From Octopus bimaculoides (taxonomy: Eukaryota): 49,513 nt of DNA. The stretch covers positions 19,484,912-19,534,424 of the forward strand of contig NC_068990.1 of assembly GCF_001194135.2 (NCBI RefSeq). Direction: 5' to 3'. The notes under the pieces are model-generated. The model was not told where the DNA came from. It made no database searches and saw only the letters and a list, made by a program, of their open reading frames with translations. Position numbers and translations under genes: made by a program. This document shows, piece after piece, positions 39,105 to 49,513 of the stretch (position 1 is the stretch's first letter; each line of letters begins with the position of its first letter).

Positions 39105-39717
39105 CCCTTTGTTGGCCGGTGGTGTTGGAATTAAACTAAAGGCCATTGGGCGCCAGAGGTACTTCCTTTTATTCTGTCGCATTTCCGCACTATACATTAC
39201 GTAATATTTGTTTAATCTTGTATATATGTGTGAGTGCATGATACAGAACAAGAAATTTAGCACTTTATAGATAGATATTTGTAATTATTTGTGTTTAAAG
39301 GAGGGGAATTAGAATATAATTTATTGACTGAAAAAAGAAAACCTTTATTGAAAGAAATCAACACTTCTTATAGTTTTATAAATTATATATATAGCACTAA
39401 ATATAAAATGAAACAACATTTAGTATATCGATTCATACCAATACAAATACGAAGAAAATTGACTTATAGTTTAGAATATCTGAAAAAAGTGCAGAAAAAA
39501 TAATTTCACAAAAGGCCAATGGAGTCCAGTTGGACCCAAATGGCCATATTTTATGCTATAACATCCATATAACTGGAAATGTTTAACTCAAAATTTGTAT
39601 GCGTATGCCTAAACTATTGACAATAAAGATATAAAGTCACTTAAATAAAAAATCTAAAAGTTGCATAACTTTTAAAATTTGCTGTGGTCCCAAGGGACCT
39701 TACCGGCCCACGAAGGG
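39105..39717. mobile_element. piggyBac-type non-autonomous element (MITE)
   Basis: Termini tcaa|CCCTTTGTTGGCCGGT and ACCGGCCCACGAAGGG|ttaa match at 17 of 20 positions including the target site. CCC...GGG ends and a TTAA-type site; no ORF. Confidence 0.75.
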
Positions 39718-39819
39718 TTAATGATAATCGATTTGAAGGAATTGCGCTTATATATTTTCATCTTTTCTATCACTTTTGTGTAGATAATATTTTGTACATG
39801 TAAAAAAAAAAGACCCTTA

Positions 39820-40145
39820 CTAATTTGGACACCAGGCAATTAATTTTGAGGGGAGGGAATTAATAGATTGCATCGAATCAACCCCATTCCATTCAGTGTT
39901 CCAAACGTACACATATATACGGACATGTTTGACATTGACTATAATTTACACACACCGACAACAATTGCAAGGGGAGTGATTTTATCGCAGAAGCCTATAC
40001 CGTTACTGGACTGCTATATATTTTATCAACTGCAGAGATATGTGAAGCAAAGTTGACTTAGGCAGGATTTGAACTTAGGACGTAAATAACTGGAAGAATT
40101 AATGCAAATAATTTTCTACAATCTAGCAATCCTTCCAGTCCAATT
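39820..40145 (-). mobile_element. SINE family B, heavily degraded
   Basis: Residual attttatcaac, gcaaagttgacttaggcaggatttgaact motifs. Confidence 0.5.
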
Positions 40146-40377
40146 CCCTAATGTACATACGTAAGAGAAGACATGAGCGAATTCAAATTTAATAAATTTT
40201 TACAAATAAATTTCATCAATAACGTTGTTTTTCTGCTTCACTCTTCCTTTAGAGGATTAAATTATATGGAATGACGAACAAAACATAATCTGCTATAGTG
40301 CAGTATTTGTTTTTAGAATTAATATATCTTTGTGAGAAACGCACTACCATATAAATAATTTCAATTAAGTGTTACAC

Positions 40378-40461
40378 ACGTGCACACACACACACACACA
40401 TGTATACACACACACACATATATATATGTACATACACAAACACTCACACACACATATGTAA

Positions 40462-40498
<37 letters not shown>

Positions 40499-40565
40499 GA
40501 TATATATATGTGTATATATCTATACATACACACACATATGCGCGCGCACGCACACACACACACAT

Positions 40566-40603
<38 letters not shown>

Positions 40604-40792
40604 GTATGTGTATATATAATATATACATACACAGACACTCACACACATATATATGTAAATATATATATATGTATGTATATATATCTAGATATGTATATAT
40701 GTGTATATATCTATACACACACACATACGCACGCGCGCACGCACACGCACACACACACACACACACATACACATATATATATATATATATAT
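40378..40792. repeat. Compound microsatellite with a duplicated ~190-bp unit
   Basis: The order (CA)-(TA)-gatat-atctatac-(GC)-(CA)-(TA) occurs twice, at about 40432-40605 and 40627-40792. Confidence 0.8.
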
Positions 40793-41384
40793 AACAGAAA
40801 CTACAAAACAGAAGAGTACTTCGACGTTTTATGAAGAGTGATTTCGTGACATCGTTAATGTTGACACATTCTTTACTATTATCGAGCATAACATGAAATC
40901 CGAGCACTTTAAACAATTTCTCTTTCGTGCTTAAAGGACACTTTAGTGTGATTTCACTTTTCCTGTCCCCATTTTCATGCCATCTTAATGATGAGGTAAT
41001 TGTGTCTGCTCCAAAGAAAAGTCCATTATTTTCACAACACAACTTTTGCACTTGCTTTTGATTTTCCGAATCGCATTCGTACTACAACATCATCAGTAGT
41101 CCACTTCCAAATACAATCCATGTATCCGAAAAACTTGCTCAACATAGTAATTCCTTAATTCACTTGCGTGATATTTCATTCCTAGATATAAAATATGCAA
41201 CATGAGGCAATGTGTTTGATGTCTTTGTTGTTGTTTTATTGCCGCCCGATCAACCTGAATCGAATAAATTAAATTTATGGTTAAAAGGCATTTTAGCCTT
41301 CATCTTTCTTCCATTTTAGGTGTTTCAATGTTATTAACTGATGTCTTCGGTTAAAGACGGAGATTTGGTCGATATTCCATTGCG

Positions 41385-41751
41385 CAGACACGACTCTATG
41401 GTTACGAAGATCGTTTTGAAACATGGTTATTTTGGGTTCAATACCACTGCGCAGCACTTTGTGTAACTGTCTTCTACTATAGACACTGGCCAATCGAGAG
41501 TTTGGTTCATGGAAACTGAGAGGAAGCCCGTGTGAATTTTCATGCACACACACATACACACACACACACACACATATATATATTCTTTTATTTATTTCAG
41601 GAGTACCACCTTTTATCGAGTAAATCGACCCCAGGACTTACTCTTTGTAAGCCCAGTATCTGTCGGTATCTTTTGCCGAACCACTAGTGTTACAGGGACA
41701 TAAATGCACCAGTGTTGGTTGTCACGTGATGCTGGTGAGAGGAGAAACACA

Positions 41752-41791
<40 letters not shown>

Positions 41792-42195
41792 ATGGGCTTC
41801 TCTCAGTTTCCGTCTACCAAATCCACTCACAACGCTTTGGTCAGCCAGAGGCTATAGTAGAAGACACATGCCCAAGATGCCACGCAGTGGGACTGATTTT
41901 GGTACCATGTGGTTCGTAAGGAAGTTACTTACCACACAGCCACTCCTGCACCTATATATATATATATAATGTGTGTGCGTGTGTGCGTGCGTGTGTATGT
42001 GTGTCTTTGTGTTTGTCTCCTACAACCCTTTAGCAACTGATATTTGCTTACATTCCCGTACGAATGCGGCTCGGCACAAGAGACCGATTTAATATGTGCC
42101 CGGCTTTAAACAGATAATGACTAGGATCGTTTTGGTGCCCCAGTATGGCCACAATCCAGTGGCTGATACAACCAAACGAAAGATAAGAAGCAAAA
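41385..42195 (+). mobile_element. Old SINE family A copy split by an antisense family A insertion
   Basis: Decayed sense head at about 41385-41545 and decayed sense tail at about 41980-42195 flank a better-preserved antisense copy. Confidence 0.7.
41582..41952 (-). mobile_element. SINE family A, antisense, nested
   Basis: Tail reverse complement (aaatcgaccccaggactta), (TA)n, then head reverse complement (cttaccacacagccactcctgca). Confidence 0.9.
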
Positions 42196-42741
42196 TACAC
42201 TCTATATGCTCCCTCTTCGTCATGCAGTCACAAGTGATATTGACATTTCTGTGATTTCTTTCTGCTACAAAGATTACCAATGTTTTTGTCTTTGTTTTTT
42301 TTTTTTTGTTTTTTTAGCAATACTGCCTCCGTTGCTTTTTAGACTATAATTATCATTATCATTGCTTCTGTTTGGTTTGTAAATTTCCAACGTGTTTTCT
42401 TTATCACGTGTATTTCTTGCATATCTAGCAACCATACAGATGTTACTTCTACTAACATTGTTTCTCCTGTTTATTTATTTATTATTTGTTTGTTTTATCA
42501 GTCAAATCGTTTTTATTGTGAGTCTTGTGCATTCGTCGTTCTGCTACTGTTCTGCTTTTCATGTTATTGCTCACTTGACGCTTTTGATAAAACACGCGTT
42601 ACTTCCACTGGTTCTCTGGTCACTATCACCATTGAAACAAGAAAGAAAGCGACTACGGCCACAGGTCCATTCTTGTAATGCACTTTAAGACAGCGCAATA
42701 AACAAAATACGAAAATGGGGGACGGAGGCTCGAGAATTTCT

Positions 42742-43285
42742 TTTACCTTTTATTTTTTACTTGTTTCACTCATTAGACTACGGCCATGCTGGGGTACCAC
42801 CTTCAAGAATTTTTTGTCGAAAGAATCGTCCTCAATACATTTTTGTTAGCCTCGGGCTTTTTCTATCAGTCCTCTGTTTGCCAAACCGTTAAGTTTCGGG
42901 GGCACAAACAAACCACAAGCAGCTGTCAAGCGTTGATAGGGACAAAGACACACGCATACATACATTCATATATATATATATANNNNNNNNNNNNNNNNNN
43001 NNNNNNNNNNNNNNNNNNNNNNNNNNNNNNNNNNNNNNNNNNNNNNNNNNNNNNNNNNNNNNNNNNNNNNNNNNNNNNNNNNNNNNNNNNNNNNNNNNNN
43101 NNNNNNNNNNNNNNNNNNNNNNNNNNNNNNNNNNNNNNNNNNNNNNNNNNNNNNNNNNNNNNNNNNNNNNNNNNNNNNNNNNNNNNNNNNNNNNNNNNNN
43201 NNNNNNNNNNNNNNNNNNNNNNNNNNNNNNNNNNNNNNNNNNCGTGGTAGGGAGGGAAGGAAGCTTCTTATCACACATGCACTTA
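42742..43285 (-). mobile_element. SINE family A interrupted by an assembly gap
   Basis: Tail reverse complement at 42742-42980, and head remnant aagcttcttatcacaca just after the gap. Confidence 0.7.
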
Positions 43286-45296
43286 TTGTTGAAATATAAT
43301 TTTCATTTCGGTTTCTGATGTTTTTTTGTGGTAATCGTTTCATTTATACTTACTTTTTCTATTAAGATAAAAAAAACGACAGAGATACCAGATATATATT
43401 ATGGACAAGTCGAGTAAGAGACACAGTTCTGACACACTAGGGAAGCCAACTTATTTGAAAATGATATCCGTACTACAAAAGCATTTGAACGAAGTATCTT
43501 TCAATTGTGACATCCTGTAAAATTCATAACCATATTGCTGAGACAAACAATATACTTCCAGTGCTAAGGCATTTTTCTTTAGTTATTGAAACATTCACTA
43601 ATGCATGTGTTTATCTCGTAGCTTTGTTATTGCTGGTGCAGTTACCGTGGATGTTATTCGAAGTATTTTCGTTACTAATATCTTTGAATCACTTTTGCTT
43701 GTACAAAAATTTGTTGGCTTTTTGTACGCTGTTTTTCTTTCTATTCGAATTTCTTGGGAGTTTATTATTACTATAATTGCCGCAGTTGTTACGCCAGGAT
43801 CTGCAGTTATAATTATTTTATCTGTTTACCATATACTCATTCTTATTATTGTGGTTTTACACAGTATTAAGTAAACTTGCATTGATTTTGCAGGTAGCTC
43901 TCTATTCAACATTATTCAGTACAAAGACGTGTTCTCACAAATACAGATAAAGAAATAAACAAAGAGAAAGTAAAAATAAAAAGAATAATTGTAATAAATA
44001 TTTTACGTCCACCATCATACTAGAATTTTCAACACAACTTTTATTCATTAGATTTCTATGGTATTTTGAAGACCGAACATATTTCTCTTTGTTATTGCCA
44101 TTGTTCTTTGCATTTCTACATCCATAACAAACAGGAAATTCAAAAATATGTTTTAGTTAGCCCAGATGAATCATAATATAAAGTAAACCCAAATCAACAA
44201 AGTTAACATGTGGCCATCCTGACGAAGGTCTCGCCTAAGAATCAATTTCGGCTGAATGCAGAACAGATTAAATGTTCTGTGATTATCATAAGAAGACTGA
44301 GTTGATCGTGTCTGTAGAGTTAGAGAGAAATTAGCCTGAAATTAGGACAGATGATTGGTCATGAACTTGTTGCAGTTGCACATAACCCATGCATTCCTTC
44401 CGGAAGGCTTGGATTATTCTTCTACGTTCAAACATTACCAGAAATATTGTCACTTTAACCAATAGAGAACCTTCTATAATTTTGACATAACAAAAGCCAT
44501 CTTTCCTGTCTCACAGAAAGCAGTGAGAGTTAATTGAGTTTTTCAGGCTACCACTGAATTTGAATAATTCACTTGACCACAGAGTGAAGTTCAATCAAAT
44601 AGAAAAACAAGGGAAATCGTGCCTGATAACAGCTGCGACAACTACACAACGTCAAAGACGTTCTGGGAAAGTAGTACCCATAGGACACAATCGTCACCAC
44701 GTCATACTGTTGTAGTAATAATATCATACTTGTCTCCAACATCTTTATGATCGTAGGCGCTATTGTTTCTAGTGATAGTGGTAAATCAGTTACCGACTGA
44801 GAGAGGGAGAGAGAAAGAGAATGAGAAAGGGGGAGAGGATATAGCACACTTTTCCTTTCACTGCTGTTATTAGCTAAGTCAGAAACACACTTCGCATGTA
44901 ATTGACAAGTCATACCGATAAAACTTTTTAACTGGAATTTTTCCATATTGTAAAATGAAAGTTTGGGCTCATTATGCTCGAAGCAATGAAAAGCAAAATA
45001 TGTTGCGTAATGTTCTATCCTACAAGAAAACGAGGCCCATAGATTCAAACAATACGTCGCTTAAATGGCAAAATTAAAAACATATTTACCGATTCCAATG
45101 ATTAGTAATTTTGCTTGAAAGAGTAACAATTTTGAAGGGAGCATGCACGCCAGTAGCATCAAATCTACTATTTAACCGGTACCTCATACTATCCACCCTG
45201 CGATGCTGAGCGCAAAGTTGATCTAGGCAGAATATGAGCTCAAAAACTAAAGAATCTGAACAGATAAAGTAAAGCATTTCTCCGACGTTACGTCTC

Positions 45297-45356
<60 letters not shown>

Positions 45357-45365
45357 GTAATAATA

Positions 45366-45932
45366 AATGCCCTGATGCAGTACCAGGCAGTGACTCTCAT
45401 GACTTCTGATCTTAACTGATTGGAAGTGCTATCATGTACATTGTTTTGTGTTGGTATAAAAGATGTCTTGGTATAAAAGATGGATAAAATACCACAGATT
45501 TGTCAGTATTTGTCAGTTGTTTGACCTTAACCAGTTCAGCATGTTCCTTAGTGGCTGACGATATGTGTATCTCTGATACCGAGCAGAAGTAGTTGGGGAA
45601 CATCATAGCCATGTGCTGAGAGGATTTCGTTCAGATTTGAATAAGTCACCCCTGAAAACATGGGTGTTTCGTTGATTATCTTTAAACGAATCTTATTGAG
45701 GGACCTTTTGAGCGCGATGGGTTACTTAACTTGTAGACCATTCTAACTGAGCCCCACCTGCAAGGTCATGCGATGTTTATGTTGATATAAGATCACCATG
45801 TCACGCACATATGGCTGTGATGCATGTGCCTGGTGTACTCTTATCAGACGGGTTGTCATGATGAGTATATTGGGCTTCATATTATTGTGCCGCAGTTTCA
45901 CTTTGATGGCATGCGATACTCTCTCACTCAAT
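45366..45932 (+). repeat. Unclassified ~570-bp interspersed repeat (family C), apparently full length
   Basis: Homologous to 31735-32045 (+) and about 19810-19985 (-), e.g. ttgtcagttgtttgacc...cttagtggctgacga...cacctgcaaggtcatgcg. Flanked by (AAT)n on both sides. Confidence 0.8.
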
Positions 45933-45975
45933 AATAATAATAGTAATATTAACAATAATAATAATAATAATAATA

Positions 45976-47310
45976 AATCGTTCTATATTTACCCTAAGTC
46001 AGATATAGAACAACTTCACCTACCAAGAAAAGAGGATGGCCGTGAATTTTACAACTGGAATTAACAATGATGATTGTCGCTATTGGCCTAAACACTTACC
46101 TGAAAAACTCTCATGACTGGATGTTAAAACTTGTCTTAAAGCAGGAAACAGGAAAACATCATATTCAGTAGCAAAACAGGTAAAGAACTAAGTGAATTTC
46201 AAATACAACATATCCCAGAATTAGACGTACTGGAAGAAGCACAGAAAACACTATTAAAACCCGTGCTAAAATTGCTGCATTAAATATTCTTGGCAAGAAA
46301 AACCTCTCAGTGGCAAGTACGCAAAGGGAGCTGATAATACTGATGTTGGCGAAGCTCTTACCCATCAATCGTTAGTGTCTGCTGGCATAAAATCAGAGGC
46401 AGAAGAGTTTAACATAGCAGCCCAAAATCAATGCCTACCTACAAGAAGCTACCAGGCCAACATATTAAAGAACGGCAGTAGCCCAACATGTCGTCTATGT
46501 AAACAACAAAATGAAACCATCGACCATGCTGTGTCCGTGTGCAGTCCTCTTGCGCCTACAGAGTATCTCAAAAGGCATGATGGATCAACACAGTATATTC
46601 ACTGGATAATTTGCAAACACTTGGAACTGCCCCATGATAAAAACTTGGACCTGCCCCAGGATAAAACCTTGGACCTGCTCCATTGTTAAAACTTCGACCT
46701 GACCAATGATAAGCCCCTTCAGTGCTTGAAAATGACCACATTTGACTTTTCTTGAACTTCACCGTTCAAACTGACAGAAAGATAGATGCAAATATGCCAG
46801 ACATATTATTGAAGGACTTCGGACAAAAGATCCTGCCTTCCCATCGATATAAGTGTCCCGATCGACATAAATGTATCTGTCAAAACCTACCAAAAACTGA
46901 GCAAGTATAAAGATCTTGAAGTAGAAATCGGCAAAATGTGGAACCTAAAGTCTGAAACAACACCTGTTGTAATAGGTGCTCAAAGAATGATAACAAAAGG
47001 GGCTGATTGCTACCTAGTTTCGATACCGGGAAATCCCAAAATGGCAGAAATTCAAAAAGGAGTGCTCATGGGGACTTACCATATACTACCTAAAATAATG
47101 TCTTTGTAATCCCAAATTTCAAAAAAAAAAAAAAAATTATAAATTATTTATGTTTTCTTAAACGTTCTCTAGAAGAATACTTTATGCCAAACCAAATATA
47201 TGGCACCTTAGTCGTAACACCAAATTGAACGTCTAACGTGTTGTCTCTTGAGATCTCTGGGCGAGACTTCGAGCCAACATGTAAAAATATAAAGCAAAAG
47301 TGAAACATTT
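45976..47310 (+). mobile_element. 5'-truncated, decayed R4/Dong-clade (restriction-like endonuclease) non-LTR retrotransposon
   Basis: Broken frames read YPKSDIEQLHLPRKEDGR (post-RT motif), AAQNQCLPTRSY, a CCHC knuckle CRLCKQQNETIDHAVSVC (C-x2-C-x8-H-x4-C), RHD, then ANMPDILLKD...IDISVPID...KLSKYKDLEVEIGKMWNLK...PVVIGA (RLE domain). Stop at 47107-47109, then a 3' UTR ending in (AAT)n. Several stops and frameshifts. Confidence 0.9.
46621..46704 (+). repeat. 24-bp tandem repeat (3.5 copies) inside the R4/Dong relic
   Basis: ttggaactgccccatgataaaaac / ttggacctgccccaggataaaacc / ttggacctgctccattgttaaaac / ttcgacctgacc. Confidence 0.9.
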
Positions 47311-47447
47311 AATAATAATAATGATGACGATAATAATAATAAAAATAATGATAATAATGATAATAATAATAATAAAAATAATAATAACAATAATGATAAT
47401 AATAATACCAACAACAACAAACTCAATAATAATAATAATAATAATAA

Positions 47448-47660
47448 TTCTTTCTACTGGAAGCACAAGGCCTCAAATAGAGGGAAGGGATTAAGTAGAT
47501 TACATACCTCCATTGCATAACTGGTACCCATTTCATCGACACCGAAAGGATAAAAGGCAAAACCGACCACATTGGAATTCGAACACAGAACGTGCAGACG
47601 GAAGAAATGTCGTTGAACATTTCGCCCGGCGTGCTAACGATTCTGCCAGCTCGTCACCTC
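47448..47660 (-). mobile_element. SINE family B within an (AAT)n tract
   Basis: Full collinear copy with (AAT)n on both sides (about 47310-47447 and 47661-47787). Confidence 0.85.
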
Positions 47661-47706
47661 AATAATGATGATGATGATGATGATGTTAATAATAATAATA
47701 ATGATG

Positions 47707-47787
<81 letters not shown>

Positions 47788-48561
47788 GGATGCGAGCCGA
47801 AGGAAGAAAGAAAAAAGTAACAAAGAACTTCAAAAGTAACAAAAACGTCAATAGATGCTCATTGATTATATTTTCAGAAACTAATTGAAGATGCTACGAT
47901 ATTGGATCTTACTTGGAAAATTTCATTTTGCCTTGTTGATAATATAGTTATTGATTTAAATTGCAATGCGTATAATATGTGAATTTTATGGTGGCATAAT
48001 ACACCACAGACTTTAAGGAAGTTCCGTCCAACCCAAACACAAACCAATAATTTCTTTACCTTGTTAACAAATCTCTGGCGAAAGTTATCACAGTGGAAGA
48101 TATTTTGAAATCGAATGGGAGCTTCATATTCTCTTGAAGCGTGAAATAATGTTAGAAACTAATTTGGTAAAACAAACGCCAGAATGATTTGAAAATATGA
48201 GAATTCTTTGAGATACAGAGATAGTCAAACACACACGTATATGTGTCTGTGTTTATGTATTAAAAACATATAGCGTATGTGTGTTTATGTATACGTGATA
48301 TGTGTTTATGTTATACACGTTATATGTGTTTATGTATATGTATATATACATATAGGTTGCGAATATGTGAGGTTTTATGTGTATAGGCATATGCGTGTCT
48401 GCAAAGCCGTGAAGACTTTCGTGATGTTTTCTCTTTTTCCTTTTCTATTATTACATTCATTTTGATGATCTGATTTACTGATCATATCTATTTAAAGGTC
48501 GGTATTTAATCAACTAGATCTACTGACCGCTTTCTCTATCCGTCTCTTTCTCGCTCTGGGT

Positions 48562-48563
48562 AT

Positions 48564-48595
<32 letters not shown>

Positions 48596-48842
48596 TTGTG
48601 TGTCTGNNNNNNNNNNNNNNNNNNNNNNNNNNNNNNNNNNNNNNNNNNNNNNNNNNNNNNNNNNNNNNNNNNNNNNNNNNNNNNNNNNNNNNNNNNNNNN
48701 NNNNNNNNNNNNNNNNNNNNNNNNNNNNNNNNNNNNNNNNNNNNNNNNNNNNNNNNNNNNNNNNNNNNNNNNNNNNNNNNNNNNNNNNNNNNNNNNNNNN
48801 NNNNNNNNNNNNNNNNNNNNNNNNNNNNNNNNNNNNNNNNNN

Positions 48843-48925
<83 letters not shown>
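48562..48925. repeat. (GT)n microsatellite spanning a gap
   Basis: Directly visible on both sides of N-run 48607-48842. Confidence 0.9.
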
Positions 48926-49513
48926 CAGGTCACTTGTGAGGCTCACATGAGTGCTACTGGTAACATGGAACCCAGAATAACCTGTTGCATAGTTATGTTG
49001 TTGGCGTCTAAACCGACACCCTTACCAGGCTAGAAACCCAGCAGGCCTGAAATCAAGGCCTCCTAAAATGCCGGTTGAACCTAGTGCAGGTTCAACAACT
49101 ATCTTGCAATAGCACATGCACGCAAAAATTCCGGGATGGTGTCCGGCGTATAGAAGACAACTGGGCGTGAGACATCCTTTAGCTCTTGTTGAAGTATGTC
49201 TGTAGGAAAAGACTGTTCTGATATAAGACCAGATATGCAGGTGTATAGCATTGCACATTTTGAGGATCTTTTACTTATACTTGAGATTATGGTGCTTCCA
49301 GGTCCTTGAACCTACAACTCATATTGGCTCCAGACATCTTGCCTCGGCTTGTCTCTAGATAATGTCAATATAGTGGAGAGCGTCTATGAGGTGTCGTGCA
49401 AGCCTAATTGGACCTAAAACTTTGCACAGATTTTGCTGACTATTCCTTTATATGCGCATGTGCATTGCTTCCCTTTAATTTTTTGTTTATACATATATAT
49501 ATATATATATATA

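Noticed and set aside
40790-41085. About 100 open codons on the minus strand (part of ORF 40365-41051)
   Set aside because: No recognisable motif, no clear splice boundaries, and it runs into a microsatellite. A BLASTx search would settle it.
44215-44250. Second hammerhead-like string (ctgacga-agg-tctcg-cct-aagaa)
   Set aside because: GAAA core and stems I and III are not recoverable; too degenerate to call.
44569-45048. 159-aa minus-strand ORF
   Set aside because: Crosses a (GA)n tract, shows no domain signature and has no supporting splice signals.

Overview
AT-rich, microsatellite-dense eukaryotic draft-assembly DNA with 11 N-gaps. The repeat families look like octopus SINEs, so the source is probably Octopus (inference from remembered repeat consensi, not a database match). 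None of the ORFs in the supplied track is a real gene; most are microsatellite or N-gap artefacts. The one convincing coding feature is a 129-bp phase 0/0 exon (36571-36699, +) that is too short for the track. It encodes the beta1-beta2 and loop D region of a pentameric ligand-gated ion channel of the divergent GEIDT-type, 'Cys-less/Pro-loop'-like group. A candidate upstream start exon lies at 33080-33142, and no downstream exon was found in the remaining 12.8 kb. The rest is intronic or intergenic. It holds at least three tRNA-derived SINE families, an unclassified ~570-bp (AAT)n-flanked repeat, decayed R4/Dong and CR1/L2-type LINE ends, a piggyBac-type MITE, and probable Penelope and hAT relics. 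The most notable structures are two strong hairpins near the channel exons, a SINE and LINE sharing a 3' tail, and three elements stacked in one (AAT)n tract. No CRISPR array, rRNA or intact tRNA gene was seen, and I cannot support a wholly new biological system from this sequence.
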